Assembly: GCA_963802945.1 (NCBI GenBank)
Contig: CAWDKY010000016.1
Location: forward strand, 1-64,000
From: an uncultured delta proteobacterium
GTDB lineage: Bacteria; Desulfobacterota; RBG-13-43-22
Direction: 5' to 3'
Length of the DNA: 64,000 nt
Positions within the stretch are counted from its first letter, which is position 1; each line of letters starts with the position of its first letter. Below, in pieces: positions 52,292-61,777 of the stretch. A model generated the notes under the pieces. It was not told the DNA's origin, made no database searches, and saw only the letters and a program-made list of their open reading frames with translations. Made by a program: the position numbers and the translations under genes.

Positions 52292-52840
52292 TCAGTTCCC
52301 GGCTACTAATTTTTCGGCTTCACTGATTTTATTTTTGTATATTTGGTGGATCAGGTTTTTATCGAATTCCCATTCCTCCAGCAGCATGGCCTCTTTTTCT
52401 TCCTGAGTGAAGTAATTCATAATAGGCATGAAAAAGTGCTTGTCTTCCTTCTCGATATGCTTAGGATAAAAGTCGACCAGGAATTTCATCCGGTCGAGCA
52501 TGAGGGCTAAAGCTTTCGGGTCCCCTTTTAAATATCTTCCTTTGGCTTCAACCAGATCGGCAACGGTCTTCCTCCCTTGCTGATGTTCTTCAACCAATTC
52601 ATTCACAATCTGTTTATGTTCCCCGGATAAGGGTTTTTGGTTTAAGTCCCGGAAGAGGATATCTTCTTCTTTTCCGTGGTGGCATCGGTCGGCATACATC
52701 CGAATGAAATCAACGGCCAAATCGATAAATTCAAGGTTTATTTTTCCTTGTTGCTCCATTCGAGCAATTTCTTTTTTAATCACCGCGATCATCTTTTCGA
52801 TCAGCCGGTGTTCGATCATGAGGGGACCTATGGGTAACAT
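52292..52840 (-). CDS. Hemerythrin-like domain protein
   Basis: EHRLI, HHGKEEDILF, EEH..GR, HIEKED. Confidence 0.9.
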   Translation of the reverse strand: MLPIGPLMIEHRLIEKMIAVIKKEIARMEQQGKINLEFIDLAVDFIRMYADRCHHGKEEDILFRDLNQKPLSGEHKQIVNELVEEHQQGRKTVADLVEAKGRYLKGDPKALALMLDRMKFLVDFYPKHIEKEDKHFFMPIMNYFTQEEKEAMLLEEWEFDKNLIHQIYKNKISEAEKLVAGN

Positions 52841-52852
52841 GGTATAACCTCC

Positions 52853-53506
52853 TTATATGTTTTTTGTTCTTTTAGAGGTCCTTTTTTTAAAAGGAACGAC
52901 CACAGGGATTTCTATCTTAACGGCCTTCTCAAATATCGGCCAGGCCTTTTCCATATGTTCTGAGATGTTGAACTTCCCTTTGCTCAAATACCAGAAGATG
53001 GCCGGAGGTTGAACAAGTCCCAAAAAGATGACCGAAACCGTATCCGGATCAAGGCCGGGCTTGATTTGGCCCAGGCGCTGTCCGCGAGCGACCAGTTTGG
53101 CGACCTGGCCCAGAATTCCCCGAATAAGTTGATACACGGCTGTTCTTCTCTGAGGATGAGCGGTGGATACTTCTTCGGAAAAAATAATCCTGGGGATGGC
53201 CTGAAATTCTTGGACCATCTCCAGGTGACGCAACATTAGGAATCTAAGTTGTTCCAGGGGGGAAGGTGATTCCTTTTGTACCTGGCGAATATTTTCAACA
53301 ATCAATTCCTGAATCAGCCCCAAGGTCGCCTCCAGGATTTCCTTTTTCCCTTTATAATGCCGGTAAAGGGCCGAAGGGACCAACCCGACCTGCCGGGCCA
53401 CGGCAGCAACACTTAATTCTTTCATTCCCTTACGGGCAATCAGGGCCATAGCCGCCCCGGCGATTTGTTTCTTACGGGTTTCGCTGTTTTGTTTTTCGGC
53501 TCTCAT
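52853..53506 (-). CDS. TetR/AcrR family regulator
   Basis: HTH VAAVARQVGLVPSALYRHYKGK; ATG at 53506 preferred over GTG at 53536. Confidence 0.92.
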   Translation of the reverse strand: MRAEKQNSETRKKQIAGAAMALIARKGMKELSVAAVARQVGLVPSALYRHYKGKKEILEATLGLIQELIVENIRQVQKESPSPLEQLRFLMLRHLEMVQEFQAIPRIIFSEEVSTAHPQRRTAVYQLIRGILGQVAKLVARGQRLGQIKPGLDPDTVSVIFLGLVQPPAIFWYLSKGKFNISEHMEKAWPIFEKAVKIEIPVVVPFKKRTSKRTKNI

Positions 53507-53516
53507 GATGGATAAC

Positions 53517-53566
53517 AATAGTGAATTCTGATTCACTATTTTAAAACATTAAACTGGCCTGTCAAG
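53517..53566 (-). promoter_or_regulatory. TetR autoregulatory operator and promoter
   Basis: Perfect IR AATAGTGAAT-N4-ATTCACTATT at 53517-53540 overlapping a TTGACA-16-TAAAAT promoter. Confidence 0.7.
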
Positions 53567-53665
53567 AAAAAATATCGCCTTAAATCGCCGTTCCAGCTTA
53601 CCCGTGGATAAGCCGTTTAGAAATAAGGGGGGAATCCGAGAGGAACTCTTAAGCAGACTTTGCTC

Positions 53666-53755
53666 GAAGGAAAAGGGTTAATCATTCCCTCATTCTTTCC
53701 GAAGCTCCTGTTTTTCCAAAATCGGGTTTCGAATTTACAACATGAGTCAAGAGCA
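53666..53755. repeat. ~90-bp direct repeat, copy 1
   Basis: Alignable end to end with 57224-57312 (GAAGGAAA.GGGTT...CTTTCCGAAGC.CCTGTTTTTCCAAAA...TTTACAAC.TGAGTCAAGAGCA). Confidence 0.8.
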
Positions 53756-53784
53756 AAATCCTTTGCCATGGGGTACCCGCTATT

Positions 53785-54834
53785 TCAAGGATGGTCGAAT
53801 CCGTACTTTTTTTTCATCGTCTGAGAAATTTGGCTGGTGATTTTCAATGCCCGATCGGCCTCCTCGGGCGACAGGAGGACCGTCTCACAAGAGGGCAATA
53901 CCCAGGAAGACTCTAACAAAATATTTTTGTCGATCCCTTGTTGCACCAATTGTTCGATGCCTTGCTCCAGCCTTTGCATAAGGCTCTCCGTGGTTTCCCC
54001 TTGGAGAAGATCGCTGACCACCGGGACAATACCCCAGCCCAACATCCCTCCCCGTTTTAAAAAGGATTGAAGTTCTTTGGGATAAAGGGCAACATTCTGC
54101 GCATGCTGAAAGGCGTCGAAATTGACGACTTGTGCCTCGGAGCTTAAAAGGAGAGACCAATCAATATTGGCGCAGCAGTGCACCCAGGTGATTCCCTCCA
54201 AATGGGCAAAGCTCAAGTTGATGGCCTCGATGATCTCTTCCCGGGAGCCGGTACCGGCCGAAGAAGTAAAATTGACCAGGGTGGTCTCCGGCAAATCGGC
54301 TACCACCTCAATATCCGGAATTTCCGACTTAATCTTTTTTTCCAGCCACCGGGCTTTGGCATTCAGACCCTTGATCAATATATCCCGCAACGTTTCGTTG
54401 TGGATCGAGGGGGTGCCGTCCGCCTGTTTGAGCATATCTCCAAATAACAATGGTCCGGAGGTATGAAATACCACCCATTTGAGTTTGGAAGGTCGGGATT
54501 GTCGTATCCGTTCGAGCATATGATAAAAAAATGGGGCGGTTTTGGGAGTGGTTGCGAAATAGTCCAAATCATCGGCATCAATCCGGTCATAGAACTCCAA
54601 AATTTCCCCTTCTCTTTCGGTTGACAGATCGAAATAAACGATTCGTCTTTCCCGGTCGAACACCAGGCAGGGGATCCCCTCCAGCATCCAGCGAATACCC
54701 CTGGTCATGATCGGAAGACAAGGCGCTTCCGGAAAACATTCCAGGATGGTATCAGCAGCCCAATCCATGTCGCGATAGGGCACCGCCCCCATCATCGTTC
54801 CGGCAAAACGAGGTCTTTGATGCATTTTTAACAT
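53785..54834 (-). CDS. Cobalamin-independent methionine synthase catalytic-domain-like protein
   Basis: VHCCAN and PSC Zn-ligand pattern, GGMLGWGIVP, NFDAF. Confidence 0.75.
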   Translation of the reverse strand: MLKMHQRPRFAGTMMGAVPYRDMDWAADTILECFPEAPCLPIMTRGIRWMLEGIPCLVFDRERRIVYFDLSTEREGEILEFYDRIDADDLDYFATTPKTAPFFYHMLERIRQSRPSKLKWVVFHTSGPLLFGDMLKQADGTPSIHNETLRDILIKGLNAKARWLEKKIKSEIPDIEVVADLPETTLVNFTSSAGTGSREEIIEAINLSFAHLEGITWVHCCANIDWSLLLSSEAQVVNFDAFQHAQNVALYPKELQSFLKRGGMLGWGIVPVVSDLLQGETTESLMQRLEQGIEQLVQQGIDKNILLESSWVLPSCETVLLSPEEADRALKITSQISQTMKKKYGFDHP

Positions 54835-54938
54835 CTTTCAACTCCGATATTATTCCTGAAACCTTTGTCTTGTCTGTTTAGCTCGACCCGGCTCTTTTTG
54901 TGCAAAGAGTTTAATGAACGATTTGGTCAATGAAAATC

Positions 54939-55814
54939 TTATTTGCCCGTGGGAACCTCGGGATAAAGTATTGAGCCGGCTTTCATATAGCGCGTCATGT
55001 GGCGCATCTCTACGATTAATTGGTTGCTGTCCCGCTCCAACATTTGAGTATCAAACCATAAATATTCCGTTTTACTGGTCGCACCCACGGCAATAATCTT
55101 GCTTTTTACTTGGTAAGAGACACCCATCATTACCGGACCATTGACAAAGCGTAATTCATTGGCACCATAGAAGGATGTCCCCTCGGCTTTAAAAGGAATC
55201 GTTATCTGCATCAGACGCGCCACATGGCTGGGCGGAAGAATCGCCGGTCCCCAGGGAGATTTGCCGGTATTCCATTCCACTGTGTCCTCGCTGGTTCTTA
55301 CCCGTTCGGCCAACTCAGCGGCTGTCACGGATACTTCTTTTATGGGTGACTCCCATCCGATCTCAAGGTCTTTGAGAATGCGCAGCTCGTTCTTTGGGCT
55401 ACTTTTTAGCTCCAGGGTCTGCAAGTATGATGATTCTTTAAGGTTGCCTACAGACAGTGTGCCATGGGCCACTTGATGTCCGTCCCGGGATTCAAGGCGT
55501 GTTTGTACCAGAACATCGCTTTGACCCAAGGGCGGCGAATACATGATTACTCTTAATTCTTCATCGTGCAACAGGGCATAAGTGAAAAACAGGCTGATGA
55601 CCCCTTGTTCGAAACTCCGTTGCCCGAATACTTTTAGGAGAACCGGCGGGAAGAGATCAAGGTGCATGGTGCCGGCGACAACCCCGCCTCTCATTCCAAC
55701 CTTTTTGCCGACCGCGTCATCGTGGATGGAGTGAACCATACTGGCGGCTGCATTGATGGCCTTACGCCATTCCCCATAGATGTTTCCTTCCTGATCCTTT
55801 ATTCCGTTAGACAT
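54939..55814 (-). CDS. Double hot-dog fold (MaoC-like) protein
   Basis: SIHDD....VGMRGGVVAGTMH, SPWGPAILPP, FVNGPV. Confidence 0.7.
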   Translation of the reverse strand: MSNGIKDQEGNIYGEWRKAINAAASMVHSIHDDAVGKKVGMRGGVVAGTMHLDLFPPVLLKVFGQRSFEQGVISLFFTYALLHDEELRVIMYSPPLGQSDVLVQTRLESRDGHQVAHGTLSVGNLKESSYLQTLELKSSPKNELRILKDLEIGWESPIKEVSVTAAELAERVRTSEDTVEWNTGKSPWGPAILPPSHVARLMQITIPFKAEGTSFYGANELRFVNGPVMMGVSYQVKSKIIAVGATSKTEYLWFDTQMLERDSNQLIVEMRHMTRYMKAGSILYPEVPTGK

Positions 55815-56050
55815 AACCTCATACCTCCTCTGAAATATTTTGTAGAAATGTTAAATGTAATCATCAAGGAGAATCTTGTTGGCCTCTCCCTGTAAATCTC
55901 CGTCAGTGATGAAAATCAGAACAAGTCTATCCTCAACTTCCGGTAAATATTTTTTTTGCCTAGTAGCCGACCTGATCTCTTGGACTACTGGGTCTAGCCC
56001 GGATTCTTTAACATAAGTCTGAGCCAGCTTCAAATACTTTTTTTCAGCTT

Positions 56051-56818
56051 CTACTTAGGCGCCATGCGCAAGGCCCCGTCCAGACGAATAGTCTCACCGT
56101 TGATGTAGGGATTGATAAGAATATGTTCAACAAGGAGGGCGAATTCCTCGGGGACCCCCACTCTTTTGGGAAATGGAACGGATTCATTGAGGGCCTTTAT
56201 GTTGTCCGGCGGCAGCATCATCAGCAAGGGCGTTTTGAAAATACCCGGAGCAATGGTGTTCACCCGGATTCCCAGACCGGAAAGGTCGCGGGCCATAGGC
56301 AGCGTCATTCCAACGACTCCACTCTTGGAAGCCGCATAGGCCGTCTGCCCGATCTGACCGTCAAAGGCAGCGGTACTGGCCACGTTGACAATGACTCCCC
56401 GCTCTCCATTTTCATCCGGCGCATTAGCGGTCATGGCCAAGGCTGACTTGCTGGCCACGTTAAAGGTCCCTATCAAATTCAAGCGTACAATCTTCTTAAA
56501 AGTGTCCAGATTATGGGCCCCGGTCTTGGACACCGTTCGTTCCGCCCAGCCGGTTCCCGCACAATTGATGCAAAAGTGAATGCCGCCGAACAGTTCTTTG
56601 GCTTTCTGGATCGCTTTATTAACATCCTCTTCGGCGGTAACATCGCATTTGATAAAATAAACGCCTTTACCTAATTCCGAAGCAAACGCCTGACCTGCTT
56701 CTTCCTGTACATCCAAGATGATTACATTCCCATCCGCCGCAACAATCCTCTTTACCGCAGCGGCCCCCAGGCCGGAGGCTCCTCCGGTTATTAGTGCCGT
56801 CCTATTTTTAATATCCAT
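56051..56818 (-). CDS. SDR, 3-hydroxyacyl-CoA dehydrogenase type 2-like
   Basis: TGGASGLG, NCAG, GQIGQTAYAASK, NGETIRLDGALRM. Confidence 0.93.
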   Translation of the reverse strand: MDIKNRTALITGGASGLGAAAVKRIVAADGNVIILDVQEEAGQAFASELGKGVYFIKCDVTAEEDVNKAIQKAKELFGGIHFCINCAGTGWAERTVSKTGAHNLDTFKKIVRLNLIGTFNVASKSALAMTANAPDENGERGVIVNVASTAAFDGQIGQTAYAASKSGVVGMTLPMARDLSGLGIRVNTIAPGIFKTPLLMMLPPDNIKALNESVPFPKRVGVPEEFALLVEHILINPYINGETIRLDGALRMAPK

Positions 56819-57040
56819 CGTCTCCTCCTTTATTTATTTAAGATACGGATAGGGTCGAATCAGATCTGCTCCTGTCGTTCCAACCAATACCTTGCAGCAA
56901 AAGAAATATAATAGAAATTATACACCAAATTGAGGGAAAGTAGTCAAGGGAGAAAGAGATGGTCGCCCGGGGTTAAGCGATTCGGGTACGTTCTTTCAAT
57001 GATGATCCCGGAGAGAAACGGCTTCACCGAAAGCCAGTGT

Positions 57041-57222
57041 AGTGTAATAGTAATCACTCGTCAGTCTTGTCATTCCGGACCCCGTATCAGGTACGGGGCA
57101 GGCCCGATCCGGAATCCAGTCTTTTCAACCTGGATTCCCGCTGGAGTTTATCCCGCACTTGATGCGGGGCGGGAATGACTGCATTAGGGCTATTGTAAAC
57201 CTGTTATTGAGACACTTCACTA
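57041..57222. repeat. MITE/REP-like element with nested hairpins
   Basis: GTCATTCCGG[ACCCCGTATCAGGTACGGGGCAGGC]..CCGGAATCCAG...CTGGATTCCCGC[..TATCCCGCACTTGATGCGGG]GCGGGAATGAC. Confidence 0.8.
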
Positions 57223-57223
57223 G

Positions 57224-57312
57224 GAAGGAAAGGGTTGATCCTTCTCTCATCCTTTCCGAAGCCCCTGTTTTTCCAAAAGAGAGCTTTAAATTTACAACCT
57301 GAGTCAAGAGCA
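57224..57312. repeat. ~90-bp direct repeat, copy 2
   Basis: Matches 53666-53755. Confidence 0.8.
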
Positions 57313-57349
57313 CACTTGACCGCTTTTCTTTTCATAACAGAGCCGCCAG

Positions 57350-57556
57350 CTACTCCCTGAAGACGAATGGAAGTGGTAAGAGAATCACGCCTATAATAAT
57401 CAGCACTATGGTGTTGCTAAATAGATACGGATATCCCATTAGAACAATTCCGGTGATCAGGAAGATCGTCTTGCTTTGTTTCTTGCCATAGACAAAATAA
57501 GCCAACCCAAAAGTTCCTGTGATTATCCAGACTAGAATGTTCGTTACAGAAAACAC
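57350..57556 (-). CDS. Small membrane protein
   Basis: G.AYFVYGKKQ...G.VLMGYPY pattern; three hydrophobic segments. Confidence 0.7.
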   Translation of the reverse strand: MFSVTNILVWIITGTFGLAYFVYGKKQSKTIFLITGIVLMGYPYLFSNTIVLIIIGVILLPLPFVFRE

Positions 57557-57646
57557 TTCTTCTTCACCCTTTCATGGTTTGCTGGATGTCCCTGGTAAGG
57601 TGATTGAGATTCTTCGGCTCCCCCATGGAGGAGATCAATACATGAC

Positions 57647-57713
57647 GCCCAACGTTTGCCTTCACCTGCAAGCGCGCGGCAGCGCGATTGTCAGGTGCAA
57701 GGCTTTGTTAGCC
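57647..57713 (-). other. Integron attC recombination site
   Basis: Minus strand GGCTAAC-AAAGC-CTTGCACC...GGTGAAG-GCAAAC-GTTGGGC; L'' has the extra base; the upstream ORF stop lies within R''. Confidence 0.85.
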
Positions 57714-58484
57714 ACTTCCTTTCATACTTTTTGATAGTTCGCAAAGAAGCCGGTCGATATCGCTAACTTGAAGTGTGTTTAGTGGAAGCCGTACTGTTGT
57801 CTGCAGTTTCTTGGCGGAATGCCTCTCGATGAGCTCCTTTTCGAAAGTACTGCTCAAGTTCACCGCTATAATTAAATGCTGCGAGCTATATCCACACGCC
57901 CGGAAAACAGTAACGTCTCCGGTAAGAAAATGAATTTCAGCGCCACCGATTCTTCTTTCGGGCCACTTTTCTAGAATATACTCAACCTTTCCGCGGTTTT
58001 CGGCACTAAAACGTTGAAGTAGTCCCGCCAAGGACCCTTTCTCTCTACCTGCTTTTTGAGGAGTTGCTTCGTACAATATCATTCCGTTTCGAACTTCCGG
58101 TGGAAGGCCCCTATATATGGGTTCGAGAGCCAGAACACTACCTACATGTTTCTCCATCTCTAAATCATCATGAACCCAACAGATTAGGTAATCTGCACGA
58201 AGGCCTGGATGTTTCTTAAGATCCGACCGGAGTCCACTACTATTCAATTTAAATTCAATTCGAACTTCTTTCCATTCACCTCTCCTGTCGACGCGCACAA
58301 ATGCCTTCGCATCGAGGTATTTGGTATGGGAAAGACCCTCCTTATGCGGGTCTAGTTCAAAGGTCGTAAATGCGAATTGGTGAGGCAGGTACTGCCATAG
58401 CAGCCCCATCATTAGATAAACGCCGTTCTCGGCGTTGGGATAATACATGAGACCAGTAAAGTCATTAGGGAGATTGATATTCAA
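57708..58484 (-). CDS. Putative PD-(D/E)XK nuclease-like cassette protein
   Basis: P.AENGV..., YLDAK, VRIEFK, ADYLICWVHD resemble restriction-endonuclease-like domains. Confidence 0.6.
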   Translation of the reverse strand: MNINLPNDFTGLMYYPNAENGVYLMMGLLWQYLPHQFAFTTFELDPHKEGLSHTKYLDAKAFVRVDRRGEWKEVRIEFKLNSSGLRSDLKKHPGLRADYLICWVHDDLEMEKHVGSVLALEPIYRGLPPEVRNGMILYEATPQKAGREKGSLAGLLQRFSAENRGKVEYILEKWPERRIGGAEIHFLTGDVTVFRACGYSSQHLIIAVNLSSTFEKELIERHSAKKLQTTVRLPLNTLQVSDIDRLLCELSKSMKGSG

Positions 58485-58623
58485 GCTGCATTCCTGTCTT
58501 TTATCTGCATGTTGCTAACGAGCCTGTAGAAAAACTCCGAGAGATAATTTTTATGCTATTTTCAGGAGTCACTTCTTTACCCTCCCATTCATGAGATCGT
58601 CGATTGTGTAGAGAAGGGACAAA

Positions 58624-59715
58624 AGGGTCACATCTTAATTATTAATTATTTTAGCTCTTAGTCTATCAACTCGTTCTTTTAATTTTGGAGTCTTACTCAC
58701 TTCACTCAAAAAGTTCATATATCGAACTGTGATCCCAGCGCCCGATATCCTTCCAAAGAACTCTCCCAGCTTAACCCCGGATTCTCCAGTTAGATCACGC
58801 GGAAGACAAATTGCCATATCACGGGGCATATTTTTCTTTCGGCCTTTAGATACAATTATTTTTTCATCACAACTAAATTCTTTAGCCACTAATTTTATGA
58901 TTGTTTTCAGGTCAACCCTTGGTTTTAATTTCTTTAATTGCGGGATTTCCTTTTCTTCTTGCCGCAAAGACAGATATCTGTCTTTCACCCAATCCACAAA
59001 ATCCGCCGAGCCAAGTATAAAACCAGCGGTAAGGTCTTTAACAGGATTTTCCAATTCTTCAATCTTAACGCTTTCCACAAAATCTTTGTAATGCTCCTTA
59101 GCCACATTAGCCGTCCTGCCAAACTGAGAAAGCAACCATTCTGTTTCCAGCCATTTCGGTGTCTTGATTTTTCCGATAAAGGCACCATAACTGCTCCAAG
59201 CGTATTCTGCCGGGCTTTCGACCATTTTGGCTCTAACAGGATTTAAGTGGATGTATCGGGAAAGTTCTTTCAGATATTCGTCCGCATCAACTAAAATAGA
59301 TTTAAAACGTCCTTGAAAAAGATGTCCCACCCTGTCACGCTTCCGATTAAAGTAAGCGGCATAGCTGACATGAATCCATTGCATGGCTTTACTTAAATTA
59401 GGCTCAAGGGTTTCAACCAGGCAATGATAATGAGTTCCCATTAGACAGTAAGTGTGAATTTTTAAAGAATACCATTCCACCGCCTTTTCAAGGCATTCAA
59501 GGAATCTTTCCCTGTCTTTTTCATTCTTGAAAATTGAATCACCTGCATTGCCGCGATTCATAACATGATAAAAAGCGCCTGCAAATTCCACTCTCAGCGG
59601 TCTGGCCATAACATTTTTCTGATTGGTTTTCCCTGCTTTCCAAATTAACGCGATGTTTTAAAAGATAAAATTAAAGCAACAAAAAGTCAATAATTAATAT
59701 TTAAGATCTGACCCC
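58624..59715. mobile_element. RAYT element bounded by 27-bp inverted repeats
   Basis: AGGGTCACATCTTAATTATTAATTATT vs rc GGGGTCAGATCTTAAATATTAATTATT (24/27). Confidence 0.75.
58635..59609 (-). CDS. REP-associated tyrosine (HUH/Y1) transposase with C-terminal DnaA-C-like HTH
   Basis: MARPLR, YHVMNRGN, YCLMGTHYH (HUH), GHLFQGRFKS, YIHLNPVRA, YAWSSY. Confidence 0.93.
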   Translation of the reverse strand: MARPLRVEFAGAFYHVMNRGNAGDSIFKNEKDRERFLECLEKAVEWYSLKIHTYCLMGTHYHCLVETLEPNLSKAMQWIHVSYAAYFNRKRDRVGHLFQGRFKSILVDADEYLKELSRYIHLNPVRAKMVESPAEYAWSSYGAFIGKIKTPKWLETEWLLSQFGRTANVAKEHYKDFVESVKIEELENPVKDLTAGFILGSADFVDWVKDRYLSLRQEEKEIPQLKKLKPRVDLKTIIKLVAKEFSCDEKIIVSKGRKKNMPRDMAICLPRDLTGESGVKLGEFFGRISGAGITVRYMNFLSEVSKTPKLKERVDRLRAKIINN

Positions 59716-60032
59716 TGCTGGTGTTTTTTATCGCTTAAAATTCGAGCTATGTATATTCTTCAAATCGACATGATATACAGAAATAGGAGGACTCTTCATG
59801 CTGGCCAACCGAAGTAGGTAAGTCTATCCTTGACTCTTTCTACTTTTTATTATTTGAATCGAAAATGGATTTCTATTTTTTCCTCAACGATTTAATCTGA
59901 ACCCGCACCGATTTCAACACCTCAGACGTTGCTTCGACGGTAGTCCTGGTAACTTAGTAACTTAGGAAAAAATTCCAATCAAATTGGATAGAATATTTAT
60001 AACACCTTAGGCGGTTGAAAAGATTTTTATTG

Positions 60033-60248
60033 TTCACCGCAAAGTCGCAAAGAACGCAGAGAAAATCATATTTGTTCAATCCCGTGAGAGGAGGGATTGA
60101 ACAAAACATCTCTGGCCTCCGGCCAATTAATTACCCGGAGGGTAACGAAGCTTATCAATTGTTGGTCTCTCACCGGCAATTGATAAATTTTCCTCTCTGC
60201 GACCTCTGCGCCTCTGCGGTGATTGGTTTCGGCTTGTCCGAGTTAGGT
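60033..60248. repeat. Inverted-arm 8/9-nt repeat element with internal hairpin
   Basis: TCACCGCAAAGTCGCAAAGAACGCAGAG ... CTCTGCGACCTCTGCGCCTCTGCGGTGA; internal TTGTTCAATCCC..GGGATTGAACAA. Confidence 0.8.
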
Positions 60249-60429
60249 TTTTTAGATTATAAGAAATCTCAGAGCTATTTTAACCTTTTTATGGGTGGGC
60301 TCTATTTTCAGGCCATCTCGCTTTTAACAGGACCAACTTACATTATGGGTCTCAGACCTATACCTGTTGTGGTAAAAATTTCTTGCTTTACTACTTAAAA
60401 CATGAAATCCTCAGATCAAGGAAGAAAAA

Positions 60430-61122
60430 ATGCTATCCAACCCTTTTGAGATCATTCTCGGGATTTTTTGTGTAGGAGGTCCAGAAATCTCTCATCCGCA
60501 AGATGCCTTGGTGTATCTGATCAAAGGCGAAGAGAGCTCCGCTCTCATCGATGCCGGAGCGGGAAAGGGTTCGGAGGTGATATGGGAAAATATCCAAAGG
60601 GCGGGAGTGAATCCCGAGGATCTGACTTACCTCATTCTGACCCACGGCCATGTCGATCATATCGGTGGGGTCTCTTTTTTTAAGGAACGGGCCCAATGCT
60701 TTACGGTTGCCCACGAATTGGATCAAGAGGCCATCGAGTCCGGCGATCCAAACTTAACCGCCGCTTCCTGGTATGGCCTGAGTTTGCCCAGGCTTAAGGT
60801 CGATCAGGTGCTAAAAGCAAAAATCGAAGAACTCCCTTTGGGTCATAAAGAAAAACTCGTCTGCCTCCATACGCCCGGCCACACCCCGGGTTCGATTTCC
60901 CTTTACATCGATCGGCAGAAACAACGGGTCCTCTTCGGTCAGGATATCCACGGTCCGTTTTCTAAAGCCTTTGGATCCAATTTGAGCGATTGGCAAAATT
61001 CCATGGAGGAGCTCCTGGCCCTGAAGGCCGATATCTTGTGCGAGGGACACTTCGGAATCTATCGAACCGCCCAAAAAGTGAAGACCTACATCGAACAGTA
61101 TATGAAACAATATTTATCCTGA
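60430..61122 (+). CDS. MBL-fold metallo-hydrolase
   Basis: THGHVDHIGG, TPGHTPGS, GQD, CEGH. Confidence 0.92.
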   Translation: MLSNPFEIILGIFCVGGPEISHPQDALVYLIKGEESSALIDAGAGKGSEVIWENIQRAGVNPEDLTYLILTHGHVDHIGGVSFFKERAQCFTVAHELDQEAIESGDPNLTAASWYGLSLPRLKVDQVLKAKIEELPLGHKEKLVCLHTPGHTPGSISLYIDRQKQRVLFGQDIHGPFSKAFGSNLSDWQNSMEELLALKADILCEGHFGIYRTAQKVKTYIEQYMKQYLS

Positions 61123-61142
61123 ATCCAGAAATCAAAACCTTC

Positions 61143-61634
61143 CTAAAGGTTAGAAATGAATTTGGGAGGGAGTTGTGCCCTTCCTATAAAATTGGCCGCT
61201 TCTTTTATGGTCTGAGGACCTTGAAGGACCATCATTTTTGAAATGCCGTGAGCCAGCCATTTCTCTTGTTGATCAAAGGCCGTGGCTTCTGCCAGACAGA
61301 TGGTCTTGCCCATTTTGATGCGGCGGCCTTTGATAAACATTTTTCCGACATTGGTCGGGGCAAGAAAATCGACTTTCAGATCAAGGGAAATCAAGCCCGC
61401 ATCTTCATCCAGTTCACCATAGACCGACCAATAAGCCGCCGTATCGATCGCCGAAGCATAGGCTCCCCCATGAATCCCTCCAAAGGGGTTAAGATGCTTA
61501 TTCCCAACATCCATCTCGACCAGCGAATATCCTTGATCTAAATCTTTGACCTGCATGGACAGCAGTCTGAAATAAGGACCTTGATTGATAAGATCAATGA
61601 CCGCTTCTACATGTTTTGGATTAAGTTCTCTCAT
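61143..61634 (-). CDS. PaaI family thioesterase
   Basis: HLNPFGGIHGG...IDTA, LKVDFLAP. Confidence 0.92.
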   Translation of the reverse strand: MRELNPKHVEAVIDLINQGPYFRLLSMQVKDLDQGYSLVEMDVGNKHLNPFGGIHGGAYASAIDTAAYWSVYGELDEDAGLISLDLKVDFLAPTNVGKMFIKGRRIKMGKTICLAEATAFDQQEKWLAHGISKMMVLQGPQTIKEAANFIGRAQLPPKFISNL

Positions 61635-61777
61635 CGTCCTCTTTTCAATGAGGGATGGCTGTCCTTCATTGACCCTTGGCCATGGAACTCCCGGGTTCGA
61701 TGGTTTTGTTAATCAAAATCACTGAACCCGGGGAACTCTCTTTATCAAAACCATAGCAGGCCGCTATGGCAATTTCT

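Noticed and set aside
55851-56033. 60-aa ORF, possibly a toxin-antitoxin remnant
   Set aside because: TTG start, no clear RBS and no convincing motif
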